Source: Botryllus schlosseri (taxonomy: Eukaryota). Taken from it: a stretch of DNA of 64,000 nucleotides. The DNA is taken from contig CM119381.1 of NCBI GenBank assembly GCA_051294905.1, positions 14,198,001 through 14,262,000 on the forward strand, given 5' to 3'. Below are positions 1 through 15,000 of the stretch, one piece after another (within the stretch, counting starts at the first letter, position 1; each line of letters starts with the position of its first letter). The notes under the pieces are model-generated. The model worked only from the letters and a program-made list of their open reading frames with translations. It searched no databases and was not told where the DNA came from. Made by a program: the position numbers and the translations under genes.

Positions 1-3000
1 TCAAGATGGCTTCCGGAGTCAACTCGGCCGCTTCGGATTCCGCTCTGGAATAAACGGTGATTTCAAGTAACTTCAAAACGGCGGAAATATGGATTTCGAA
101 ATAAGGTTTGAAAACTTTCGCGGCGCTCCCGACTGTTAAATTTTAAAAAAGCGCAAAAGTTAAGGCTATATCTTGAAATTCGTCAGAAAATTACAGAAAA
201 AAAGCCCAGAGAAAGACCCGATATAGGACCAATACAAGAAATTGAATGAGAGTGAGGAAGCGTTAAGAGATCAAAATCAAACACTGTTACATAGGGCATT
301 ACACCAGTAGGCCAAGGTCTTTGATCGATCAGCCGCACTTGGTCGTTTTGACTTTATCGTAACGCATTGTCTCATTTATCACATTGTGACATTGTACCTA
401 CATTATGTGTCTTGAGCGGATGAAAATAGAATCTCTGATAATGATTACGTTATCTGTGGTCCGGGAAGACAACTAATATCCGTTCTGGAGAATAAAGTCG
501 GTCGATATGGGTAACGTGCGTCGTGCATGTACTCGTTGCCCGTAAATGTTGAACGAGCACCATTAAATCAAATAAATGCGATTAAACTTGGTCTTGAATC
601 GTTTTTTGTTACCCTTAAGACGAGAAAGCTTTCATTGGATAGATGCGTAATTTCCAATACAAACTTCCGGATGCAGTCAAAATAACATTTTTCCTTCTCT
701 CTTTTATACAAAACATTGCATTACACCAGTAACACGAAGCTCATCATGATCATATCACTGGTAGGCCTACTAGTCGACACCGATTAAGCATAGTTTTGTA
801 TCGCAAATTCGTACGTTTTTTCCCTCATCGGTCAACAGAAACTATTTTTCTCTCTCAGAGAATAAGGATTCCTCCGTGAACATCACGATTTGTGAAATAT
901 TCATGATAAGAAAAATCCAACATCTCTGGCAGGCGCATTTCAATTTTAATAATTAGATAAGCAAACCAAGCATACAATAGTGGAGTTATATTTTAATATA
1001 ACTGGGCTCCATATATGCATAACCTCATCAACGCAATCATAATTACCTGATCGTTGCATTGTGTTATGTACATTAAATCCTGCTAGATGGGTGCCACGCA
1101 AGTGAATTTATAGAGAATTTGAAAAACCCCTCAATCGTCTCAAAGTGCCCCCTTTTTTCCACTGTCTACAGCAGTGGTTCCCAACCTTTTTCGACTCATC
1201 ACCCCCTTTTGAAGCTCCACACCGATCATCGCCCCCCAAATATTGGGAACCGAAAAGCAGCACTTTGTCACCCCCTAAAACGTGGGTCTTTGGCCCGATA
1301 GGGGGATAAACCTCCTCAAACCCCCCGTCAGCCAGTGGGCTTTTTTCGCTACATATCAGCTATACCCTATTTCATGTACTGTTTGGTGAGTCACCGTATT
1401 TTGCCTAAACACGCGAAGTGCCACAAATTTATATAATTCATGTTTGAATCAGTCAATATGGTCGGGAATTGCATATATATTGCTATCAATTCTTTCATCC
1501 TCTTTCTGCTCACGCAATCATATTTACCGGTAGAGCTGAGTGTGGTGTGTTGGAAAAGGTAGGTCACCCCTAAATAATAATTAAACATCTTCGGGCGTAT
1601 ACCTGTTGGCAGGAACGAAACAGCACTTTGTAAGGCCCCCCAAAAAAACTTTGGTCTTGGGCTCCAATAGGGTGATAAACCGACCCCCATCACGTTGGTC
1701 GCTTTTGTCACGAAATTAGGCGAAATCGTTGTTATATTGACTTCGTTCCGTGATGCTATCTCGTGACCTCCTATATCTGCTATGTCAGAAGATCTGGAAA
1801 TCGTCAAAACGTACCAATCTAAAAGACGCACATGATTTCAAATTATTATTTCTTAACAGGCAAATAATTTAATCTTTGCGGGATTGTCCTGTAGGGTTAA
1901 GGTCGCCAAGACAAGAACATTCGACGCCAGCCATCGAGGCACATGTAGACAATTAAACATATATGTATATATATCGAAGTTTTCGGTCAGCACAAGGGCA
2001 TTCCTTTACGGCCAAGGTCTTCTCGCTGCTGATCGTTCTGGCACACTTCTCGGAGTCGCATGTTACATGGCCTCTAACTTCATATGTCTTATGGTACGTC
2101 GTGGCGCAGTAATGGCTGACGCCAAAGTCATCCATTTCAATAAATCATGCGTATTTTTGTTAGGGGACGGGTAGTCGGGTACCCCAAAGTCAAGATGAAT
2201 GAAAATATAAAATCGCGCGCAGCGCGAAAATTTTTTGAAAAAATTGCATGAAGTTTTAAAAAAGTACTCTACAATTTATGTTAATTCACTAAATAATTTT
2301 TGCCCACCTTCGAGTTCGGGCCCCCCACCCCCAATTTGGGGGTTTGGGGTGCGGTAGTTACGGTCCCGACTCTAATATAGCCGTCTCAACCCGCCATCGC
2401 CCCCTTCGTTGTTTTGGCCCCCTATCGCCCCCTTCGTCCGTTTTCGCCCCCCTATCGCCCCCTTTGTTATTTTCACCCCCCTAGACCGCCAAATCGCCCC
2501 CTGGGGGGCGATATCGCCCACGTTGGGAACCACTGGTCTACAGCCTTTGTTGTTAGAAAGCAGACTGCCATGAGGGATCCAGACGTCCAATAGTCTACAT
2601 CAAGTTCAGCATCTTGTAGCTATGGAAAATTTGTTTAAGATTATATTATCGAGTCCGAAAAGATGTATTGCCGTCGTATGGAATGAAACAAGGGACTAAC
2701 CGAGTGTGCTATTGTACGGCGCAAGTCGTGAGAAAAGAGATAATACAGCATTTACTATGCTTGTTTCGCAAACAGCCGCGATATTTGAAGTCTCATACCT
2801 CGAGTCATTGTCCGCGTTGTCAAATTCCCCGTCTGTATTTCTTCGTATTGACTTTTCGCTCCTACAAAACAAACATCAGGTCCGTCCAGGTCAATATTGC
2901 CCCGTGAGCGATTATGGTATCAGCTACGACCGGCCATTAATCCACGACGAAGGATATACCTCTGTTTACCGAAGTCGTCAAATTCAGCTGTGCGCTATTA

Positions 3001-6000
3001 GCGGATTTTCGTTAATACAAAAGAGTACAAGGGACTACAGTACAGACAAAAGTAGGGCTGAATGAAATGGCTGGAGCTTCATCTTACTTATTGGTCCCAT
3101 GTAACACCAACCTAGTCTTGGCTCTCTGATACAGACAACAGCCAGGGCTACAGCAAAAATGTTTGCCTTTGGTGTTACGATGAACCCAACCGCAAAGCGC
3201 TGTTAACGCACATTCGGCAAGCGTGGAATATGGTAAATGGTGGTTGAGACTAACGTGACATCACAACTTTCCCAAAAGAATGAACTCAAAACCTTACGAC
3301 GGCCAGCAAGAAACCGACCTAGACTCTCAGACAACTGCCCCAGAGACACGCCGAAAAAAAACATGTTTGCAAACCACTGTGCCTGAGCTGGATCTTGTTT
3401 GCCTCCGGGTCTCGTGAACTTTGCCCCATCGACTATTTGTTTACTAGGATGGTTAAAATACCAAGGTGTGGAAGCATAAAACATGGCATAGCCCCGTAAA
3501 CGGTTGCTTATGAAAGCAAACTCTAACAAAATTTGAAAAGTACGAATCAAATCATGTCTCGTCACTAGGGCCGGACGAGTACGCTAGGACTCGCCTGGAT
3601 TCGTATCTGAGTCCAGTACTCGACTACTATATTATGACGTCATACCTAGTACAACACCGCATGGTTGAGTTACCAACTATGTATGGGCACAATGATTGAT
3701 TACGTGTCAATGAATCGTATCCAGAGGTTCAAATTTGCTCTGACAATCCGTGAACTCCAGCAATACGTCAGAGCGCGGTGATTTGTTATCGGCAAGTGCT
3801 TGGTATATCTATGGTTGCCATACCGTCCTTATTTCTCAGATTTGTCCTTATTTTGAAGGGCGATGTCTTATCATGAGTCGGTGTACATGCCGCAAAAACA
3901 TCAAGGACAAAAATAAACTACGCCCTTATAAAGCTACAATGTCCTCATTTCTAAGATTTGTCCTTAAGTTTGATTGGTGTCCACATTTTGTGCCTATTGT
4001 TGGCACTGAGGCCGTGATTAGGACTGAGCGACAGAGAATAAAAAATGAACATTTTACTCATCAGTTTACAAATTTTGTGGTGGTTAAAACCAGTTGGAAG
4101 TTTTTGGCCGTTCCAAGTTTTTGATCCATGATCATGACATAGCAACTTCGGGTATATCAAATAGCCACCATACAAGATCAAAAATTTGTGTTGCAAGATA
4201 CAGAAGAATCACAGAAATCAGAAATCGTTACTTGAGTTACCAAGTCCAACCCACATCAGGCAGCTAAAGCCCTCACCTTAAATCTTTCGAGCCTGCGTGC
4301 TTGTCTTCGTTGTCGGAAGCGGCGTTCAACGAATCGTGCGATTTTTGCAACGTCGCGTTACCGGCGTCGTTGCTGATGTCTAGAAGGTTGGATGGGTTGA
4401 CAATCGATGACGCGGACGCAATCAGAGCGTTTGTGGACGAGAACAATCCTACCCAGGGGGTGCGCATGCATGCAATCGTAATGAAACAAAACAAAAGCGA
4501 AACACAAAACGCGTGCGACTCACCGCCGACGGGGTCTTTGCTCGATTTTGGCCTCTTCATCATCCTTAATTTGCTGTGTCTCTGTTTCGAGTCTTCGAGC
4601 ATGGATTCCATGCTGGCCGAGGACCAAGGCCGAGGGGTGTATGCCTAAAAGGTGTACAATATATTACAGTATATTACACAGAGGTGGTCGGAAACAAAGT
4701 GCATCTACTTTTTTGGAGTACTAAGTTTGCCTATTTGCACCACCAAGTGGTCGCTATTTTAGACTACTTTTACTGCTACTCGACACTTACATTAGTAACT
4801 TGGAAATGCCGTAGCTACTTCGACTTGAACTTGAGCAGAAATTCAACACATTACTTCTACTACTAATGGAGTACCGCCGATAACTACTTTTACCATATGA
4901 GATATTACGAAAGTGATCTAAATACAGATTATGTTACGAACGTTGATGAGAAGTCAAGAGAGAGTACAGTAGCGTTGATTTGGTACGGAAACCTATATGT
5001 AAATACGCATCAAAACGAACGTCAAAACAAGTGGTAAAATGACATTTCACACTGCAGGAGAAAACCGACAAGAACATCGAAAGGAATCTTACAGGACGGT
5101 TAGGACGTAGCATGGATCCGATTCGCGACGTTATTTTGCTCTTCTTCTTACCAGTCCAATAAGTTAGCAATCTTTCCAACGCGTCCGTCTTTGCGCTCCT
5201 GAAAAACATTAGGATTCGAGTTGATTGTGCAATTTGAAGCGGCACGCCGGTATCGTCACATAAACAGCAAGAACAGCATAAAAATTGTACACAGTACACG
5301 GACAGAGCTGGTCGTACCGGGACTGCGGCAAGAGAAACAATTGGGGCATTGATTTTTACATGGCAATTTGGAACGCGCATCAATCCACTACTTTCGAAAA
5401 ACCAGAATCATATTCTATTTGGCTCTCAAAGCAGCGATAATTTGATTCCGAATAAAGCTCAAATATGTAACTTTTCTACAGCCGTAAACAAAAGTATTGC
5501 CAATGAAGGTAATTTTGTATTTTTTGACTATGCCTATTTTACATCACTTCTAAGACAATGCTGCTATTTCCCAGTAACGTCGCTTCCGCCAACGTGCGCA
5601 GCCTTGTACTACAGTTTCTAGGTTGCTGGGTTGGTTTCAAGGCTTCTATGGCGAGAAGAAAGTATCGAAGCTATAATCATTGTCGATGAAATACATCACA
5701 CTTGCAAGTGGGTGTAATTTCAGTGCTTATTATCTCACAACTCAACCAGAATCGTTACAATTAATACTCTCTTCATATACGAATCATTGTACCCAGCCCT
5801 AATAGGAGGCACTAGATCCACGTTACGTTTTTTGAGATTCCGATTCGTCGGCGCCGGTCTGCAGCTGCGCCAGATCGTGCAGTAGCGGCGAGACGATGTC
5901 GTCCACCACTTTCACCACTTGACCGTCGGCCAAAGGGAACATTACTTTGTCTTCGCCGTAGCAGTTACTTAACCCCTTGTCCCGCGTGCTGCAGTATTGT

Positions 6001-9000
6001 TCCAGTTGGCTTTTGACCTAAACGAGAAGTAGTGATTGAAAACCGAGTACCAACAGTTAATGTTGGCGTCGTACCGTTTTTAAAGCGTGCTGGGCGACAG
6101 GATCGAACAATGATCGCAGGGCGTCGTCTGATAAACTGCGTGATTGGCAATTATCGACTGAAAAAAAAAGAACAGACAGCATAAAATCAGAGTTCTGACA
6201 TAACACTTTGCACATTTGCAACTTTAAACAGACTCACAATACTTCAATATCGCAATAAACTATATATTGATATTGCCAAATTTATTCGACTCCAAGCTGC
6301 TTTGCGGTTAACCGAATGTGAGATATAGATAGAATTTTGTTGTTGTTACGTAAACACGTAATAACAAGTGAACGGACTCGCGGACGACATACAACAACAC
6401 ACAGGTAACGGTACAACAGCAGCTCACGCATTTAAAGTCATGCGTTCAAGCACCTCGTAAAGCAGCACCGTTTGATAAAGATGAATAACTTAGCATACCC
6501 TCTCCCGGTGACCACATTGGGTTGACATCTAAAATTGGGTGGTCGTGCACGACACGAAATTGGTAAAACTGATCGACAACATCAAAGCGAATGCATTCAC
6601 TGTTGCTTCTATCCAGAGGGGGCTAGTAATACAGTACATCTACTTGTTCAGAGTACTCTAGCAGGTTTCGCCTGCTTGCTCTACTTATTCGAGTGGTTGT
6701 GTTTTACTCAATCACGCCATCTGCATTGTAGGCCTACCGACAAAAACAACCCGCAATGACAACTGTCTCGCTTCTGTCAACGCACCTGTGCTTTTGGCGA
6801 TACCTTCATCCAAGGGCACTTTTAAAGGCTAAAACAGAGACAGGAGTTACACAATGGCGACTTGCACGCGCAAAGCACAAACGTCTCACCGCGTTTTCCA
6901 TCAAATAAGTCTTGATGATATTGTCCGCCAACTTATACAATTCCTTCGTCGTCGAAGTTTGACGATATATTTCCGTCATCAGCACCAGCAACTGAATTAA
7001 TAACGGGAATCGTTCAGTGTCATAGCGGCCAGACGCTGTTTATGTAACAAAAACAAACCAGATGCGATGGGTCGTGTGAGTGAAAAACATAGTTTAAAAA
7101 CACTGCGGCGTGGGCGTGTTTCGTCTTCAGTTGGTTGAAGTCTAAAAATGGTCCGTGATTCTGCGGCTGTAAATGGAGCAGGAAAAAGAGTTTGAGTAAG
7201 TCCTGACGACACCCGTCATGACAGGCCTGAGGGGTGGACAGTGGACACCGCATAACTTAGGCATCATAGGCATACCATGGTGAAAGCTGTCGAACGTGTT
7301 TTTAGAGAGTGTAATGACTTTTTCAATATCGTAGGAGGCTAAGGTCGGTAAAACATAGACTTGGACACATCTGTTTTATCTGGCTGGGGAGAAATACGGG
7401 GGTGAAAAGATGTTGTGTCACAAAATTGTCCACATTCATTTGGATCAGAGGTGGGGTAAGTGACAAAGAACTTCAACTTTTTCAGAGTGTTGCCTACCTG
7501 CACCACTTACTGAAGCGGTCTTGATTGTAGACTTCTACTACTTCTTGGCATAAAATAGGCTACTAACCTTTTTAGCTTGGAAATCATGACCATACTTCTA
7601 TTTGCAATGATACATTGTGGTGACGAGACAATCAAAAACCAAGACCACTTATATATATATAATCAATTAATGCTTGTCTAGAGAAGTTGGAATTGATGTG
7701 TATCAAATCAGAGATCACATATCTTGATCAGGTCAAAATTAAAATATGCCAATATGCCAATGGAAACATTCTATAATAAAACACAAATTTATGTTAAAAA
7801 CATTTTCGGTCCACTTTAGGGGATATTAAAGAGTATAATCGAAACATTTGATCGAGAGACATTTTCTCTCTTTTTCTAGAGCTCTAATGATGAAAACCCT
7901 AGCCTTCCACGTCTATCATACAGGAATGAATCCAATAAGTGTATGAAAAATCAACTAAACAATTTTACAGCCAATAGATTGTTTTACAATAAGAAGCACT
8001 GTAGACGCAAGAGTTGGTCAAGAAGGGCTATTATGAATTCAGTATTATACTTTGACCAACACCAGACATTTATCGAAGAATGTCAAATCTCGGCATTCAT
8101 CACTTGAAATTTAATTTCAAAGGGCAATCCTCAAGTGCGCAAATATCAGACGCAACGCAATAAAAATGCGTTTGCGTGTGAATAAATAATGGCCCACGCA
8201 GGATTCTGACATCAATCAATGACCTTTTACAACCTAACGAAGTCTACAGACACACATGCCAATGGATTTATGCCTTAAGTTCCTTGTGGTGATGGTCGGG
8301 ATGCCATTCCACTGGCAATGCTTATCAATACATTCAAAAATGGTGCAGTCAGATACCTTGAATTGTCAATTTCAAAACAGATTTGCAATTTTCACTACTC
8401 TTGTTTTAGATTGAGATTTACACCTAACCACACAACAATGACTTACTCTACCTAGCCAGGTGATTAGATTGATTTCAAATTTTGAACTAACCGATGACTC
8501 TTCTGCTAACTCTTCGTCTTCAAAATTGATAATAGGCTTGGTCGCTTTGGTTGGGTCTCGTGATTTCTAAAAAATAACGGCAATTTTTACATGTCACTAA
8601 ATCATCACCGGTACAGAAATGTTATGGCAGATGGATGCTTGTTAACGAGTAAGGCAAAACTTGACCTATTACACTAACAACACACATAATCTGTTACTCT
8701 CTTCGGTCAGGGTTATTAAAGTTTGAAGACACTATTTCATTGTAAAGGGTATGTATGCAACTGCTGCAACTACTTTCGCTTTCAGTGGGATAAGATTGCA
8801 GATAAATATCCATCACAGGGCAGTTGCATAAACAACATTCCGATTTGACTATAGTCTATTACAAACAGCCACAATCCCGCAAGGTAATTCATTGCGTGTT
8901 GAAACAACAACAACAATATTTAAATCATGATGCATCTATTTGATGCTGCCGCTAGCTTGGTTGCATGTATCAAACAACAGCTGTTGATCAAGACAAAAAA

Positions 9001-12000
9001 AATATTCTTCGGTCTGTTATCTCCAAATTGATGAATTGTTCGGAGAATGCCACGGTAGTACACAGAACCGATTGACAAGCAAAAGTATGGGGTGAGAGAA
9101 ACATACATCTACATTTTATCGAATACAAGTAAGGTACCAGTACCGTAGGCCTACACAATTTGTCAAATACACGTAGCCTACATTGTATGTGTGCATTGTA
9201 CAGCTGCTCTTGTTATAAAAACATCTACTGGACAGGAGCTAGAGAATCACTCGGTGAATACAAAGCACTTTTCTCATTACAATATATCATTTTTATAGAG
9301 AAGATGCTGTTTGTATTGCTAGATTTTCTACATTTTACATTGTTTGACGTTTCTCTCCATGCAATACAGACATGAAGTGGAACACCAGGCTACACATCAC
9401 AACAGAAGACCAACAACAACGATAAAGGAGAAACAGACTTTGGATTTCATTAACAAATTTAGGTCAAATTCGCTATTTTTCTCATCTCATTTCCTCATAT
9501 ATCTTGTTAAAAGTCAGTGTCATCAGTCTATCACACGATTCCATAGTAAGATTCCTACTGAATTTCATATTGCTCAAATTCAGTAATTGGCACTAAAGCA
9601 GGTGTTTATCCATGTGCAGCTTAACCTGTCATTGGAAGTGTCATGCAAATTTACGGGTACAAAACCCAACATGAAATTACTAGTCAACACCAGTTTGGAC
9701 ACAGAGAGATACCAGAGAATGCCTTTCACTACTACACATCCAAATACTTCCAAACTTGATATTATTCATGAATCTGTCTGGCATTCGATTTCCATGCAAA
9801 TACCCGCTATCTAGTACAAGATACCAATAGAGTTACCAACTAAAACCATTAGTTTCAACTATTTCTATTTAGGCATGGATGCACTCACATTATAACGCAA
9901 TGTTTTCCTTCTACATCACACTTTCCCAACAGAACACTAAGTTGGGTCCAGACGCACTCGTTAACATTATGATGTCACAGTCTCAGAAGTTACATCATAG
10001 TTGAAACTACCTTCCATTATTCCAAACTAAGGTCAAACATTTTTTCCGATACAACTCCCTACATTTATGGCAGAGTATTTGAAAATCACATAAAATTGTC
10101 TAAACCACCAATAGCTTCGTAAAAATAGACAAGCCAGTTCTAAGAAAGTACAGGAAAAGACGGGCGATTACAGCTTTACAAACCTTGCGTATCGCCTTGG
10201 ACCGTTGTCTTGTAATCCTAACACTTCCTTTCTCCGTACCGGCAGAGGACTTGTCTGAAAAGCTGACGCTTCTCGCGGGGTATCTCCTTGAGCCCTTCCT
10301 CTCAAACGGGATGCTAAAACTGGAGCTGAGCTGTACTTTCTCGCGTTCGTCGGGCTCCTGCGTATCCGAGTCGGCTGACCAAGCCTGTTTCCTCACAGTG
10401 CCATGGTTAAAGTCTCGATTCATTTTGTGGTATGGTGTCGGGTTGCAATCAGGCAGCAAAGTCCCATTTACACTTATATCCGCCATTGATTTCGGTCTTA
10501 CTCTAAATTTGTCAAAAGCCATACTTTTCCGTTACGACACACCAATAGATAGCTACAGCGCTGATAGCACGACGAAACTGATATCTCTCGAAAGTCGAAC
10601 AATAAAAGCAAACCATGGCACGATAACAGAACTAAATTACCCTACCAAAGTTAATAATTACTCGGAATCCTCGGGCACGACCCTAAGATTCATAACAGCC
10701 TCATATTAATCAAATCGATCTGTGGGGTTGGCACTCGAGACTGATGTTTACTTTGACATATTTGATCTCCAGCCTAGAGCAAAGTAACACAATGTGATTC
10801 CCTCACTTATCCGCTGGCTGCGACGCGCTGTCTTATATGTCAAATAAATGGTTAACCAAAATGTTCAGTATAACCTCGGACAGCAAAAATGCAATAAATC
10901 AACAACGCAACCTGGTATTTCAGCTAACTGAAAATAACTTCGGACAGTTCATGTGTGCAAAGAACGCCGTAGAAATGACTGATCCTGGGTGACATCTTGT
11001 GGAAATCAATTCTAAACATGGCGAGCCCGTCGGAAACTGGGATTGGCCCGACGTTCGAGTCAATATAAAGTTGATCGATGTTGACACTGGGCTGATAGAA
11101 GACGGCAGACTGCTAAGTCAGCATCAAAGTCTACACTGAATAACTAAAACAACAACTTCTCAAACGCACATGAAACACAGGAAGTAAGACTCTGACAAAA
11201 CGCTGATTCGGTTGACGAAGCATAAAACGAGGTTAGATCGATTTATAATCTATAACAGGCAACTACCCAGCCGGACTGACTAGTAAACAGCTTATTTCAA
11301 GTCCAGGTGATTATTATACACACAAGAAAAAAAGTAGGGGAACTTACCTCAAGATTACCCTGTTCTTCGTTAAAAAATAATTCTGGTTCATCTGCGAAAA
11401 TAAATTGTCAAATTCAAGTTTCAATGACGTAGACCAGTGGTTCTAAACCGCCGGTTCGTGGCAAGTTTCCTGCCAGATATAATAGAATTTGATATCACAA
11501 TTACAAAATGCAAGAAGTTGGGCGCTTGTCCATGAAAAAGATGTCAAATTTTAAATTGATTTAAAAGTTGGGAATATATTTTTGTATATTGTCGCAATAT
11601 AGCGAGTTCATGGTCTATTTTGGGAGCGTGTCACAATGGTGCAGGTGTTATAAGAAACTGTGTAAAAGTAGCCTACAACTTGTTTCGGACAAGCTATACG
11701 GGAAAGCCACAGACACTTTTAATCAAACTTCGTCAAATTTCGACAGTGCAATCAACTGACACTTGGCAGAGGCTATAGCAAATAACAAAGAAGCATTTCT
11801 TTATTCAAGCTACATGCATTTGTCGTAATCGAATTTTGGGTAAATTTAGGTTTTTGAAGGTTCAGCGGTCCTTGTTTTGAAGTTTTACAGGTCCACCCCC
11901 TTACTGGCTCAATAACAGTTGTTAATCAATCCAGAGTGTAATTACAGGACGAAGAACTGAAGCTTTAATTAAATGTATTTTTGATACTACACCGATACGT

Positions 12001-15000
12001 CTGGTTTTCGTGGTTCTGTTGCAGTTTCTGCAAGGTTAAAATCACCAACTCGACTTCGCTGTTTGCTAGATTCTATTGCACTGTCAAACTTCACCAAACT
12101 GTCAAATATGTCAACTTTTGTTTGAAAGTCTTCTTGGCTTTCTGATATTACTGGCCCTACACGAGTTGTAAGCAAATTTTAGACAGTTTGTTGCAAAACT
12201 TGCAGTGTCGTGTCATATTGTACAGTGTACAAGTACCTAGTATACTTCTATATAGTATACTTACTGAACTCTATATCCCGACAGAAAGACTTCCAATTAC
12301 GTTGTAAATTTTAAATCTGTTTAAAATTTGGTGTTTCGTTTTTTAAATTAATGGACAAGCCTGCAACCTCATGTATTCTGCAATTGAGAATAAAATGGAA
12401 ATATATTTGGCGGTCCGGGCAGAAGGTAGACGCGGACCAGCGTTCGAGAACATGTTATCTAAAAGATTGATAAGGCAGTTTTAATTGTGATATGATGCAG
12501 GAAAAATTACAGCACTTGGCATTCCAGTACAGGGGCGGCTTCAAGAGGTCAAGTTTGAATACATATATAGCACGTCAACTCACCCATGCTGACAGATCCT
12601 GTCACATGATTGCTTGGAGGCATATTTGCCAGTTTCAGCTGCCTCGAGCTTTCAACCTGCGTATAAGACTTATATCAGCATGTAGGTACTGAGCCTACAA
12701 CAGATGCAGCCGAGAAAAATCTATCATTCAGCGGAGAACACAAGAAAAAGTCATGCACAAAACGAGGTCTTCAAGTAACACTTCGACACGTGAATAATGC
12801 TCGATATGAGATACAAAATAAGTGAAACATGCGAGTGGAGAATGCAGGACTCAACTCAACACGATCAAACTGACATTGATGTCAGGCAAGTGACGGCATG
12901 GGGTCAATACAGCATGGGAGGAAGTGATGATTATGATGAATAACGTTTTCTAGGCCGCACATCACAAGTAATGGCTGGTTTGTGACTCGAAGTGATGTGC
13001 CAGCGATGATATTTGAGTGAGAAGCATATTTGATGGGTGGGGGCGGACAGAGAAAAGCACCAATGCTTGGTGCTGCACTCACTAGGTACCAGTCCTACCT
13101 CTGCAAATACATTGAACTAACGTACACGGCCTTGGTCACAATATTTCACAGAAATATCGCAGTTGCGCGGGTATTTAGGCTCAAAGTGGAAACCAAAGTT
13201 TCCAACATACTATGCTATCTTTAATGTGCCTGAAGCCTTCTGTACGAGAATAAGTAACCCCCGAATAGAGATCCGGTTTAGGTCTAACGTATCGGATTAT
13301 CGAATTCAGGTATCATTCGCTGTTACCACCTTCCACAACTGCTTCTCCAAGTCCTGTTGCAGCTTCTGGGCGCCGGCCAGATCCTCCAGTAACTTCTTAT
13401 CTGGATTTCTCGCATATTCCTCCTTGATACGCTTTGTTCAAAATCAAATTCAACTTAAACACATGCACAAACGAACGCAAACGAAAAGCTAAATATAAGA
13501 AAACGCAAGCTGATTTCGGGCTTTTGACCATCCAACAAACGCATAGCTAATAGCTGGCAACTAGATATCAGACCGCGAACAGTTTGAGATGATTTGGAAT
13601 CTGATAGTAGCAGCCGATTGATTTCACTACTTGAAACGCCAAGAGCTACCTAGAAAATATCACAGTAGTTAGTGGTACCGCTTTTTGACATACCCCACTG
13701 CCTTTGACAAGGGCAGTTCAATATGACTTTAATCGCAGTTATAGAAGCGGTACGAAATTGAGCTTGGGTGGCACTGGTACTCCATGGAATGTACTCAATC
13801 CACCCAGCCACACAGGTAAGCAACCAATATGAATTGGCTTGAATCGAAGATGTGATGGACACGAACACATAATGTACCACTGGTATGAATTCTGATACAT
13901 ATTTCAACGGCACGAAATGAGGCATGCAAATGTAAAAGGTCAATCAGAGGCAAATAATCATTCAACGATTAATTCATTCAGAACACTAGTTGGAATACTG
14001 TTGCGGCAATGTATTTGTGTTACGAAACGGGTAGGACAACTCTCAAAGCAAAGTCATTAGTTTACAAAAGCTTCACTCACGTATATATAATAAGTGAAAC
14101 GGTGCGCTGACGCACTACCGGTATGCATTACTTACTGCAGGGACAATGCATAAATTTGCAATCAAGTCAACACCGTCATATTTAACATCCTCTTGCGTGA
14201 ACATTGTGTGATGTACAAAGCGCATTACATCATCTTCACAACCCATTGCTGTGTCACAATAATCATGCCTACTTGTAGTTAGATGCTGTATTTTCTCATC
14301 GATTATCATTGCATTGTAACTACACCGTTTCGTACGACAACTATCCTTAGAACTAATGTTAGTGTCACAGAGTGGCAGCTCAGACTGTCCCATAGTGGAA
14401 TAAACCACAGCTCATTACAGCTTACTGACCGACTATCCTTAAATAAGAAGTGGTTTTCTCAATTTGGAGCTGGGTGTCATCAATTTATGTACCAATTTGC
14501 CTTAGTTATAAAAAATCCAGGAACACAACGTGAAAGACACACCACCAGTGCGTTATCAAAGCATGTGAATTGTATTTATGCGTTTGATCAAGCAAAAAAT
14601 GGTAAACACAGTGATAGCATAATAGAAATATTAAAAACTTTGCTCACTTCAACTTCTTCTTTCTCAGATTCCAACATCTTTTTGATTGTTTCTACTTTCA
14701 CGTCGTGAAGGGGATCTGAAACCTGCAACAAAACCGATTGGTAACAATCGCCAGACAATTTCACGCTCGCAAAATATGAAAGTATAAATATATTCCCAGA
14801 AAGCAGTGAATGTACATACTCGTATAAAAATCACAAAAACGGTGAATAGTGTGTTTCAATACCGGCATTCTGTGTGAACTACACTAAACAATTAGAGTCA
14901 TTGATGCAAGAATTTCATTCTTACCAGCACACTATTTATTCTTTTTGCCGGTTGTCAGGATTTTCTATTTAAACTTTCAAGCAACATGTTTGAGGCCGAC

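Noticed and set aside
2545-2620. Possible RhoGEF exon LQDAELDVDYW
   Set aside because: Phase incompatible with the 2799 donor and no clear donor; 2799 joins exon 1-44 in phase.
10185-10709. 174-aa plus-strand ORF
   Set aside because: Antisense shadow of the candidate alternative RhoGEF exon.
10920-11125. About 60-codon open frame on the minus strand as an extra RhoGEF exon
   Set aside because: No convincing donor and no similarity; flanking exons already join in phase.
13480-13650. Exon-like segment after a TTTCTAG acceptor (VALGVSSSEIN...)
   Set aside because: No good in-phase donor, and the coiled-coil sequence is continuous without it.
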